NCBI GenBank assembly: GCA_017616435.1
Contig: JAFZYC010000045.1
Coordinates: 1-57,540, forward strand
Length of the DNA stretch: 57,540 nucleotides
Direction of reading: 5' to 3'
Source: Clostridia bacterium
Lineage (GTDB): Bacteria > Bacillota > Clostridia > Christensenellales > CAG-138
Below the pieces are notes generated by a model. It ran no database searches. It was not told where the DNA came from and worked only from the letters and a program-made list of their open reading frames with translations. Of the stretch, positions 10,249 through 19,067 are shown piece after piece. Each line of letters begins with the position of its first letter. The first letter of the stretch is position 1. Made by a program: the position numbers and the translations under genes.

Positions 10249-11349
10249 ATGAGCCAGGTTAGAGGGCACGAAACTGATTTGGACAGGGCAAATAAACTCC
10301 GCTCGCTTATCAGAATGATTCCATTTGTAGTGATTGCAATACTGCTTATGACGTTCATTGCTTGTAAAGCCGACCTCAATACACTTGAAGGTACCGAAAA
10401 AGTGAAACCCATAAATTCAGAAGTACCCTCAAGCGTTATCGAGACGAGTGCTTCAAATGAAGTTGTGAAGACGCCTACTCCGACGAACGCCCCTTCGCCA
10501 ACGCCGGAGCCTAACCAAATGACAGGGAACAACTGGAAAGTTGAGGAGATCGGCAGCATTAAGGCTGAATACATCGCACTGATGAAAGAGTACCTTGCCG
10601 GCGGCAAGCCGGATCTTGCGCCGCTTAAAAACCCGCTGAACAAACCAGAGCACTGGTTCGATAATCCCGGCAGGTTCGAGGGCGGATGGCTCGGCGCATT
10701 CTCGTCATACCTCTATCTTTCAAACGAGGCCGACGACGAATGGGATCATTATCTATGTCTGCATCACGTTTCATCCATCCCGCTTGAAACTTACAGGGCG
10801 GCGGTCGATAGAATCATCGAGTATAGGAAGCAGTATTGGAACATGGATTCTGTCCGCACAGACGGCGAGGAGGAGAACTTCGGTATTGCCCCTATTGAGT
10901 GCTTTTGTGGCGAGAATTGGTTCGTGCTCCCAGACTGGGAGGTTGAGATGAACCGTCAGGTGCACACGATCTGGCGTACTGACGACGGTGAGCACTATTA
11001 CGAGTTCGGCGATAAAAATGGAGAACTTGGTGTTCTGACTGACGCACTCATCGTTTCCGATAAGGTCGGTTATCTTTGCTGCACAGGCTGGGATTATGAG
11101 GATGGCCGCGGTTTCAGAGTATTTGTTACGCGCGACGGAGGGGAAAGCTGGAAGGCACTTGAGCTTGATGTTCCGGCTGAATACTCGACGTACGGAAGCT
11201 CCTTCGCATTTGCACCTGTGTTCGACAGCGATAGAGGCGTGCTTGCTGTAAGACTTTGCATGGGCGAAGGCTTGTTTGAAGTAGTACTTTTTGAAACCAA
11301 TGATGGCGGTGCAACATGGAGCTGTTGTCATAAAGAATCCCAAACATAA
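10249..11349 (+). CDS. Lipoprotein with a PT-rich linker and Asp-box (BNR/YCF48-like) beta-propeller
   Basis: Lipobox FIAC, linker TPTPTNAPSPTPEP, and Asp-boxes RTDDGEHY, TRDGGESW and TNDGGATW. Confidence 0.75.
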   Translation: MSQVRGHETDLDRANKLRSLIRMIPFVVIAILLMTFIACKADLNTLEGTEKVKPINSEVPSSVIETSASNEVVKTPTPTNAPSPTPEPNQMTGNNWKVEEIGSIKAEYIALMKEYLAGGKPDLAPLKNPLNKPEHWFDNPGRFEGGWLGAFSSYLYLSNEADDEWDHYLCLHHVSSIPLETYRAAVDRIIEYRKQYWNMDSVRTDGEEENFGIAPIECFCGENWFVLPDWEVEMNRQVHTIWRTDDGEHYYEFGDKNGELGVLTDALIVSDKVGYLCCTGWDYEDGRGFRVFVTRDGGESWKALELDVPAEYSTYGSSFAFAPVFDSDRGVLAVRLCMGEGLFEVVLFETNDGGATWSCCHKESQT

Positions 11350-11439
11350 TTGTGGCAGGAGTATTGAAACAGGAAACTACAATAGTTTTACACGTAGATA
11401 TTAATACTAAACGAGAACAAGAGTAAAGGAGTTATACAG

Positions 11440-12303
11440 ATGAGCAATATTAAGGGTTACGACACAATGATGCGCTTTACGAATCAAAGCCAAGTTGATA
11501 ACATCCTGATTGATACGTGGCACGGAACAGATTCTCCATTCTTTATGGGACGATATTTAACTAATGCAGACAGACCGGGAGACAATGTTCCAAACCCAGC
11601 AGATAAGAAAATGACCCTCAATGAGGTTAAGTTGCTTTCTGCGAATAATATTAACATTGTTTCAATCTATCAAGAAATCAAATTCAAGGTATCGAAGTTT
11701 GATTATGATAGAGGTATGTCTGATGTTGAAAGAGCAGTGTCTGCCGCTGAATCCTTACACCAGCCATCCGGCACTCCGATATATTTTGCAGCGGAAGTCA
11801 GCTTAGATTCACTTGATTCAGGTGGGATCAATACACTACACCAGTACCTCCAAGGAATAAAGGATGCACTAAGCAGCAGCATAATGAACCCAAATGGATA
11901 TACATTTGGCGTTTATGGTCCACAAGACACATGCAGAAAAATAAAAAATGAGTGGTACTCATCAGTACTCACCTTCTACGGAAAACCATATGGTACATAT
12001 TACAATGGATGGACCGTGAAACAAGACAACTCTCCTTCTGGTTATACCGGTGGATTAATCAATGTGGTTGATTTTGACACCGCACGAAACAGCGATTATG
12101 GTGGCTGGCAATATCATCAATACCCTTTTCATTGGAGTAATTACGGCAACATGGCTATGCACAGGAAAAAGTGTTTGTACTGCAATCGATATATTTATGA
12201 AGTTCACACGCCTAACAGTGCTGGAAACCGTTGTACAGTCTGCGGATATGAAGGCCCTATGATCACTCCTATGAGTGATCAGGGAGGTGAGCAGGATGAA
12301 TAA
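11440..12303 (+). CDS. DUF1906/Rv2525c-like (GH25-related) glycoside hydrolase with a C-terminal His/Cys tail; no signal peptide
   Basis: KGYD, GRYL, IVSIYQ, PSGTPIYFA, FGVYG and VDFD motifs; tail HRKKCLYC...H...RCTVCGY. Confidence 0.75.
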   Translation: MSNIKGYDTMMRFTNQSQVDNILIDTWHGTDSPFFMGRYLTNADRPGDNVPNPADKKMTLNEVKLLSANNINIVSIYQEIKFKVSKFDYDRGMSDVERAVSAAESLHQPSGTPIYFAAEVSLDSLDSGGINTLHQYLQGIKDALSSSIMNPNGYTFGVYGPQDTCRKIKNEWYSSVLTFYGKPYGTYYNGWTVKQDNSPSGYTGGLINVVDFDTARNSDYGGWQYHQYPFHWSNYGNMAMHRKKCLYCNRYIYEVHTPNSAGNRCTVCGYEGPMITPMSDQGGEQDE

Positions 12304-12367
12304 ACTTCATCCGTTTATCAAGAGAATTCCATTTGCCCTGTTTGCAATACTGTTTGTCAAGTATTAA
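12296..12367 (+). pseudogene. 23-aa ORF resembling an isolated signal peptide (truncated partner gene or small peptide)
   Basis: GGAGGTGA RBS; overlaps the hydrolase stop; reads MNKLHPFIKRIPFALFAILFVKY*. Confidence 0.4.
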
Positions 12368-12387
12368 CGAACAGGCAGGCTGTCATC

Positions 12388-12870
12388 GTGAAGAATCGTT
12401 TCCACAGTGATATAATAAAATGCGCCGATACTATAATGCTGCTCACCGTATGCGTATGCATTATCTTATTGCTCCCTGCCTGCACGCCGAAGGCGGACGA
12501 ACCGTTTGATGCAGAGGAAACGCTGACGAAGCTTCTTACCGAAGTGCATTATACGGCAGACCTTGAGGCCGCAGGCGAATATGCCGCATACGTCTTTACA
12601 GATATGCCCGATGGCGCGGAGGTCAAGATGTACACCTGCGGCGGCGGTCATGCAGATGCGGTCATCATGTGCAGGGCAAGGCATGCTTCCGATGTTCAGG
12701 CGATCCGCGATTCAATACAAGGATATATTGGATCGCGCCGGCATGACGCCGAGCGATATGATCCCGGGGAGGTTTCAAAATACGATAACGCCATTTGGCT
12801 GGAACGTGATCTGTACGTTATAGTATGTATAACGAGCGACGTTTCAGGCGCAGAAACCATTTTGAAATGA
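12388..12870 (+). CDS. DUF4358-like lipoprotein
   Basis: Lipobox LPAC and the RYDPGEVSKYDNA...YVIVCI pattern; adjacent to a DHHW gene, as is usual for this family. Confidence 0.65.
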   Translation: MKNRFHSDIIKCADTIMLLTVCVCIILLLPACTPKADEPFDAEETLTKLLTEVHYTADLEAAGEYAAYVFTDMPDGAEVKMYTCGGGHADAVIMCRARHASDVQAIRDSIQGYIGSRRHDAERYDPGEVSKYDNAIWLERDLYVIVCITSDVSGAETILK

Positions 12871-12880
12871 AGAGAAGAAT

Positions 12881-13903
12881 ATGATGAGCACTGCCAAAAG
12901 AAGGCTCAAAACAAAACATCTGATATGGCTCGTGCTGCTGCCCATGCTGTTTTCAATGGGGTGCAGCAAAGCAAAAACGGTTCCGATAGACTATGCCGCA
13001 TATGGCAGGACGGACATCTTCCGTGTCGGCAACAGGGCATATGAAAAATGCGTTTATAACGAAAGCACTGCCGCGAAATACGCTGAGCTGGTCGGTGAAG
13101 CGTCAGAAGCGCTGTCGGGTGAAACAAAGGTCTATTCGCTGATCATTCCCACCGCTTACGGTATAATACTGCCCGAAGAGGCAAAGAAACTCGTTCCCGA
13201 TTACATCGACACCCATGAGCGTATTTCCAACGTATATGCCGCAATGCCCGAAAGCGTGAACAAGATCGCTGTCTGGAATAGGCTTGTTGAGCACAGCGAT
13301 GAGTTAATCTACTTCCGAACGGATTATCATTGGACTGCGCGGGGAGCATACTTGGGTTACGAGGCATTCTGCGAAGCTAAGGGCATAGATCCGATACCGC
13401 TCCGCGATCACCGCACCGTAGGCTATGAAGGCTTCCTCGGTTCGTTCTATTCCGAAAGCGGCGGCGATGAAAAGCTCCTTCCCTCTGAAACGGTCGAGGC
13501 GTTTTACACCGTTTCGGAAAGTGTTACGCTTACCGTTGCGGATGAAAACGGCGTCACGGAGGATCGCCCTATGGTCGCCGACGTTTCAGGGCTTCCCGCG
13601 TCTGCAAAGTACATGACCTTTGCGGGCGGCAACAATCCGTTTTCGGTGATCACGAATACGGATGTTACGGACGGATCGGTGCTTATCGTTGTAAAGGAGA
13701 GCTTTGGGAGCCCTATGCTTGCGTTCCTCTGCGACCATTATTCCACGGTCTATGTGATTGACTACCGCTATTGGGACGGAAATATAATCGACTTCGCGAG
13801 GGAAGTTCATGCGGACGATCTGCTTTTCGCAAACAGCTTCTGCGCCGTTAACACGGGAAGCAACGTGGGCTTTCTTGCTATGATAATCAAGAACTTTGAA
13901 TAG
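12881..13903 (+). CDS. DHHW-family (AlgJ/AlgX-like SGNH) lipoprotein, putative O-acetyltransferase
   Basis: YFRTDYHWTARGAY, FLGS, VKESFG and IDYRY motifs; lipobox SMGC. Confidence 0.8.
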   Translation: MMSTAKRRLKTKHLIWLVLLPMLFSMGCSKAKTVPIDYAAYGRTDIFRVGNRAYEKCVYNESTAAKYAELVGEASEALSGETKVYSLIIPTAYGIILPEEAKKLVPDYIDTHERISNVYAAMPESVNKIAVWNRLVEHSDELIYFRTDYHWTARGAYLGYEAFCEAKGIDPIPLRDHRTVGYEGFLGSFYSESGGDEKLLPSETVEAFYTVSESVTLTVADENGVTEDRPMVADVSGLPASAKYMTFAGGNNPFSVITNTDVTDGSVLIVVKESFGSPMLAFLCDHYSTVYVIDYRYWDGNIIDFAREVHADDLLFANSFCAVNTGSNVGFLAMIIKNFE

Positions 13904-13915
13904 GAACAGACCTGT

Positions 13916-14389
13916 ATGGCTCAGGAAAGAACGGATTGGTTTTTTAACAGCATAGCCGCATTGAAGGGCGATATGTTCGCCTATGCTTTCAGTATCACAA
14001 AATCACGCGAGGATGCGGAAGATGCGGTGCATAACGCGATAATCAAGGCATTCGACGGCCTTCCTGAGCTAAAGAGCAGAGCTAAACTTAGACCGTGGCT
14101 TTTCAGGATACTGCGGAACGAATGTCTGAAGCTAATAAATCTCAAAAGCCGATTTACATCGATCACGGATGACATGCCGGCAGAGCATAAGGACCTGGAG
14201 GAAAGCCTCGACCTGGGTCTTGCGATAAATAGCTTAGGCGATGAGTTCAGAGAAGTGGTTTTGCTGTATTACAAGCTCGGCTATTCGACCGGCGAGATCG
14301 CAAAGATAGTCGGTATCCCGCGCGGTACGGTGATGAGCAGGCTCGCGCGTGCAAGGGAGCTCATCAGGATCAGAATCGAAGGAGAATGA
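13916..14389 (+). CDS. ECF RNA polymerase sigma factor
   Basis: DAEDAVHNA and PWLFRILRNEC (region 2); YSTGEIAKIVGIPRGTVMSRLARAR (region 4). Confidence 0.92.
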   Translation: MAQERTDWFFNSIAALKGDMFAYAFSITKSREDAEDAVHNAIIKAFDGLPELKSRAKLRPWLFRILRNECLKLINLKSRFTSITDDMPAEHKDLEESLDLGLAINSLGDEFREVVLLYYKLGYSTGEIAKIVGIPRGTVMSRLARARELIRIRIEGE

Positions 14390-15837
14390 CCATGAATACT
14401 GTTGATTCGGAAATAAAAAAGCAAGTCGACGCTTTCATTCCACCCGTGCCCGAAAGCTATAACAGAATGATCGACGGGACCATTTCGGAGCTCAGAGCTA
14501 GGGCCCCGCAGCACCACAGCTCCGGACGAAGCCATTTTATACCTTTTACCGTTATTGCTTCCGTCATTGCAGCGCTGTTTATCGTTACCTCTGTCATATT
14601 CGTCGCTCGCCCCGCTCTTGCGGCCGAGGTTCCCGGCGTCGGGAATATCGTCTATTCTATTTCTCCTAAAAAAAAGGCAAATGATTCCGACCGGGAGCGT
14701 ATCGAAGCCCTGTTAAACGATGCTTTCCGTTCGCTTTCTTTCTGCGATTATGAAGCGGCGGCCCGCTGCTTCCGCGGAGACAGTCTATCGGACCGCGGCA
14801 ATTATCTTTCCGCTGCATACGTTGATCACCTTCTTGCTTTCAGCGACTATTTCCCCGACGGCGCAAACGCAGCTGAACTGGAGATCGCAGACCTGCAGGC
14901 TGAACAGAAGGCTTTCCGATACACGGCGCATGTAACGCTGGACCTAATCTCAAGGGACGGAACAAGGCTCAGCACGGAGGATTGTACCGTTCAATTATGG
15001 GAAAACACGAAAGGATTGTACATAGAGAGCATTGAGTTTGACTCTGGTGGCTTTGGATCGTTTGCCGCCATGTATGAGGATATCTTCGGAACGGTTCCTT
15101 CTCACGGTGCAGGGCTTGAATTGATCCCCATAGACAGAGCATATCTTAGCTATACCCGCGTCATTGCCGAACAGGAAGGTGCAAGGCAGAGGACGGATCG
15201 TCTTGAGCTTATGCTTTCAGAGCTTGACGCTGTCAATGCATCCGATGAGGATAAAGCGATAAGGGAAAGCCTAATTACGGAAGAGCTTAAAAAAACCGAG
15301 GCCGAGATAACACCCGAAGTCATTACCGTCGAACAGCTTGCGTCGGAGCTGATGTACCGATACTGGCTCGGAAGGAAAACAGGCGAAGCGTGCGATTTTT
15401 CCGATATAATGGAGAGAAACGAACAGACGGACTTGTTCTGTTGGGACGCTGTTTTGCAGGCGGAAAGGGTCAGCCTCGGCGCGCTGAAGCCTCTCGTTTC
15501 GGTAGAACCGGGCACTGCTGAGATCCTTGAAACAATAGATGATACGAACGAGCTTATCAAAGCGCGCTTCTACGTCTATACCGAGATCACCGACGGCATA
15601 AGTGAAGGAGTCGGCGAAGAGATCATTTTAACGATCCGCAAGGATGACACCGGTTTTACCGTGATCGGTTTTGACAGAGACGTCGGCGATGGCTTATATA
15701 CCTACAGCTTAAAGCCTCTTGCGGCAGGGTATATCGAATCGGGCTGTTCATGGCAGGAAGCCGGACAAATGGCGTATGAAGTCCTGCATGAGCAGATAAT
15801 CCGCGACGCCCAATGGCTGACCGACCACGGTTATTGA
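14386..15837 (+). CDS. Anti-sigma factor (RsiV/DUF4179-like N-terminus) with a large extracellular region
   Basis: Overlaps the sigma stop (ATGA). One TM helix is followed by PALAAEVPGVGNI. The C-terminal domain is homologous to the next two genes. Confidence 0.8.
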   Translation: MTMNTVDSEIKKQVDAFIPPVPESYNRMIDGTISELRARAPQHHSSGRSHFIPFTVIASVIAALFIVTSVIFVARPALAAEVPGVGNIVYSISPKKKANDSDRERIEALLNDAFRSLSFCDYEAAARCFRGDSLSDRGNYLSAAYVDHLLAFSDYFPDGANAAELEIADLQAEQKAFRYTAHVTLDLISRDGTRLSTEDCTVQLWENTKGLYIESIEFDSGGFGSFAAMYEDIFGTVPSHGAGLELIPIDRAYLSYTRVIAEQEGARQRTDRLELMLSELDAVNASDEDKAIRESLITEELKKTEAEITPEVITVEQLASELMYRYWLGRKTGEACDFSDIMERNEQTDLFCWDAVLQAERVSLGALKPLVSVEPGTAEILETIDDTNELIKARFYVYTEITDGISEGVGEEIILTIRKDDTGFTVIGFDRDVGDGLYTYSLKPLAAGYIESGCSWQEAGQMAYEVLHEQIIRDAQWLTDHGY

Positions 15838-15851
15838 AAGGAGTTCAAAAG

Positions 15852-16616
15852 ATGAACAGATCAACAAAGAGCATTATCAGTTTGCTTTTATGCGTCGTTG
15901 CTCTTTTCTGCCTTGTTTCATGCAAGGGAACCGGATCGGAACAGACTGCAGCAAACAATACACCTGTTCCCGTTACGGAAACAGAGATCCCCGCAAAAGA
16001 TACGGAAGAACCTACTGAAAAGCCAACAGCTCTCCCAACGGAAGAGGCAACACCTCAGCCGGCCGAAACCCCTGAACCGACGCCCGATCCCAATGAAAGG
16101 CCCGATCCGGTAACGGTCGAATGGCTCGCGGCGGAGCTTATGCGCCGCTATAACACCGGTCGTTATCTTACTCTCGAACTCGCGGATTATTCGGATATTA
16201 TGGACAGGAATGAGGATACAGATCTGTTCTATTATGATAACCAACTTGAGATCGATATGTACAGACTCTATGGGGGGCCTCGAAACGTCCTCGAAGTTTC
16301 TCGCGGCGAAATAGGCCAAATAGATGTGGTCAGTGAGTCCGAAAGCGTGATCACGGTGCATGTTTGGGCCACAACAATTGTGATCGATGATGATCCGATC
16401 TCCGGAGACAGCATCGGGACCGACTTCCGCATCACCGTCGATAAGCAACGGATGGTGATAATTGCCTATGATCGTCCCTATGAGTGCGAAGGTTACTATA
16501 GAAATGACCTGAAGCCTCTTGCAATGCGCTATCGCAATCAGGGCATGTCATGGCAGGACGCGGATAAAAAAGCATATGATGAGCTCTATGCACGGCTTGA
16601 ATCTGAAGGGTATTGA
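15852..16616 (+). CDS. Lipoprotein: PT linker plus a domain shared with the anti-sigma C-terminus and the amidase N-terminus (putative inhibitor/immunity protein)
   Basis: Lipobox LVSC. TVEWLAAELMRRY...DYSDIMDRNEDTDLF...LKPLA...SWQDA aligns with anti-sigma TVEQLASELMYRY...DFSDIMERNEQTDLF...LKPLA...SWQEA. Confidence 0.75.
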   Translation: MNRSTKSIISLLLCVVALFCLVSCKGTGSEQTAANNTPVPVTETEIPAKDTEEPTEKPTALPTEEATPQPAETPEPTPDPNERPDPVTVEWLAAELMRRYNTGRYLTLELADYSDIMDRNEDTDLFYYDNQLEIDMYRLYGGPRNVLEVSRGEIGQIDVVSESESVITVHVWATTIVIDDDPISGDSIGTDFRITVDKQRMVIIAYDRPYECEGYYRNDLKPLAMRYRNQGMSWQDADKKAYDELYARLESEGY

Positions 16617-16774
16617 TTCGCAACTTGTCGGTGAAAAGATACCCTGCATGAGATAATCGATCAACGCGAGAAAAGATGAATTCTTATTACGAATTTGGGG
16701 TGATGCAATACTATCGATTTTTATGGCCTTTTTCACTAGAATAACGACAACAAAACTAATGTATGGAGGTAAAT

Positions 16775-18082
16775 ATGAAAAGGTTTATTTCTCTCGTTAT
16801 GCTGCTGATCTTTGCATGCACAGGTCTTACCAGTACGGCTTCTGCTGACAAACAGGATTTGCTGTTTGATCGGAATACTGTATCAAAGGAGCAGGCAATA
16901 GCGCTTGCGGACAGATTCAGCTATGAGTATGAATATGCTCTTGTTGATCTGGAAAACCCTGATTTTGACTACGTGGAGCGTAACGAGTCAACTGCGCTGT
17001 TCCTCGAGTATTTACGCTATAATATCGAGACAGCAAAAGTGTTTACTCTTAACTATACGGATCTTACTGAGAAGGATTTCACTATACATAGTTGTCTCAT
17101 CTCAGAAAATAGGATCTATGTTGAACTATATCGTTCATTTACTTATCATTATGTTGATGCACCGGAAGATTTAATCAGCGGCCATGGTATGCTGTATTGC
17201 TTCGAAATGATGGAAGAAAACAACAAATTGACTATTGTAGGTGTCAAGACCGAATCTGTTGAGTATGATTACTATGAGGAAGAGATTAGAGCTTACGCTA
17301 CGCGAAATGACCTGCCTTTTGTAAATGCTGCAGAAGCGCTTACAAACGAAAAAATAGCACAGCTCCCTGATGAGTATGCGTATTGGTGCGAACAAGTCGA
17401 GGCTTTTGACCATAAATATATTGGCGATGATTATTTTGATGAAACTGCCAAAATCAATGGGGATCGATCGGTAAACGTAAGCTTTACACGAAGTTCAGCT
17501 GTAGCATATGGTACCACATTTGGCAGTCAGTATGAAAACTATATTTTTAAGAGGATGGGTGCAGACTGTACAAACTTCGTTTCCCAATGCCTATGGGCTG
17601 GATATGGCGGTACAGATGGCTATTCTCTTACTAATACTGCTGCACTAAAAGCCCGTGTAGCCGCGAATTATCGACAAACATCAACTTGGTTTGGGCGAAA
17701 CTATGATTCTCCCTATGCATACGGAACAGGCCCCTTCATTAGAGTGCTCGAATTGTGGAGTCATGCAACTACTAATACGGGTGACGGTCCGAGAGCGACT
17801 GGTTACAATAACGGAAATGTTTGGACAAGTTTGACTGTTGTGCCCAGGACAGGAGATGTGCTGCAGTTCTATAACTTCTCCGAGGGAAGATACTACCATT
17901 CAGTTATTGTCACTAAAACAACTTCTCCGACGCTGTCAAATATGCTTGATAATGTTTGGATCTCCCAGCATAGCGGTGAATATACTAATCGTCCTCTGAG
18001 AGCAACGTTAATTGCAAACGGAGGAATAACAAACGGAAAAATGAGGCTTATGAGGCCTAAAGCCACGACTTTCGCATCATAA
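16775..18082 (+). CDS. Secreted Amidase_6-like (NlpC/P60-superfamily) putative peptidoglycan hydrolase with an N-terminal pro-like domain
   Basis: Signal peptide (ASA); FTRSSAVAYG, ADCTNFVSQCL, GDVLQF, YHSVIV and SQHS motifs. Confidence 0.8.
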   Translation: MKRFISLVMLLIFACTGLTSTASADKQDLLFDRNTVSKEQAIALADRFSYEYEYALVDLENPDFDYVERNESTALFLEYLRYNIETAKVFTLNYTDLTEKDFTIHSCLISENRIYVELYRSFTYHYVDAPEDLISGHGMLYCFEMMEENNKLTIVGVKTESVEYDYYEEEIRAYATRNDLPFVNAAEALTNEKIAQLPDEYAYWCEQVEAFDHKYIGDDYFDETAKINGDRSVNVSFTRSSAVAYGTTFGSQYENYIFKRMGADCTNFVSQCLWAGYGGTDGYSLTNTAALKARVAANYRQTSTWFGRNYDSPYAYGTGPFIRVLELWSHATTNTGDGPRATGYNNGNVWTSLTVVPRTGDVLQFYNFSEGRYYHSVIVTKTTSPTLSNMLDNVWISQHSGEYTNRPLRATLIANGGITNGKMRLMRPKATTFAS

Positions 18083-18099
18083 AAAAGTTAAGCATATAC

Positions 18100-18138
18100 A
18101 AACGTCAGAGGATAGCGAAAAGCTATCCTCTGACGTTT
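18100..18138. terminator. Bidirectional terminator
   Basis: AAACGTCAGAGGATAGC-gaaaa-GCTATCCTCTGACGTTT. Confidence 0.85.
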
Positions 18139-18151
18139 ATTTGGTTCATCT

Positions 18152-18502
18152 TCAAAAGACTACGATCTCCTCTGTTACCTGCTCTTCTGCGCGTGCTCGG
18201 CAGGAATTCATGGCGAGAATCCATTCAAACTGATCGCGGCCTTTGAGCTCTTCGTCCACGCCCTCGGCTTTGGCAAGTTGGGATGTAATAAGGTCGATCT
18301 GTTCATTGGCCTGGTGGTCGATCTCGATGAGGTGCTCTGTCAGTGTGTTTTCCATCAGCATCAACGCAAAGGTGTCGGGCTGATGCTCCTTCAAATACTT
18401 TTTCCGCATCCGTCCGAAGCGGCCGATATCCCCGGTCGGCTGGGGAGGGAGTGCGAGGTCAGGGTAGTAATAGGCTCCGTGTTTGGTGTAGGTGATGTCC
18501 AT
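18152..18502 (-). CDS. tnpV: TnpV-family protein
   Basis: ITYTKHGAYYYPDL, IGRFGRMRKKYLKEH, and EGVDEELK..DQFEW...MNSCRARAEE. Confidence 0.9.
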   Translation of the reverse strand: MDITYTKHGAYYYPDLALPPQPTGDIGRFGRMRKKYLKEHQPDTFALMLMENTLTEHLIEIDHQANEQIDLITSQLAKAEGVDEELKGRDQFEWILAMNSCRARAEEQVTEEIVVF

Positions 18503-18516
18503 ACTTGTTTCCTCCT

Positions 18517-18816
18517 TTATGATCTTATGAATTCTTTTATTGCGTCGGCTGCATTATCCAGCAAGCCTTCAATAAATCCGGCGATAAAGGGAATGGCGAG
18601 CATCACTCCGGTGACAGCGAGCAGTTGAAGCCACAGCTCCTTTGAGCTCATGCGCAGAATGACGAGCAGCAGATCATACACGAGCAAAAGCCCGCCGCCG
18701 ATCATCAGCACATGGATCCCGATGCCCGTCGCAAGCCTGCACGCGAGGCGCAGCACCGTTGTCAGCAGCCATATCGGTGCAAGGAGTATCTTCGCTGCTG
18801 CTTTCATATTCATCAT
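18517..18816 (-). CDS. Small membrane protein (CD1845-like) of a mobilisable element
   Basis: KILLAPIWLL start with several hydrophobic helices; lies next to tnpV. Confidence 0.55.
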   Translation of the reverse strand: MMNMKAAAKILLAPIWLLTTVLRLACRLATGIGIHVLMIGGGLLLVYDLLLVILRMSSKELWLQLLAVTGVMLAIPFIAGFIEGLLDNAADAIKEFIRS

Positions 18817-19067
18817 CCCTTTCGCTTTTCTATGAATACATCATAGCAGTAAGAAAATGGTTTGACGAATGTGCGAAAAAGATTCTTTTCGTTTTTTTGC
18901 GCTAATCGCGACGTGTGAATTTGTTTTTCTCGCATAGATCAAAAGCTTTGTTTTGGGGTTGATGTTCCATGAAGCATCTGATAGAATAACTGTATACTCA
19001 CTAATCCTCATGGAATTACAGGATCGGGGGTATAGCTATTCTGTTATCAAGGTACTAAGGGGCTATT

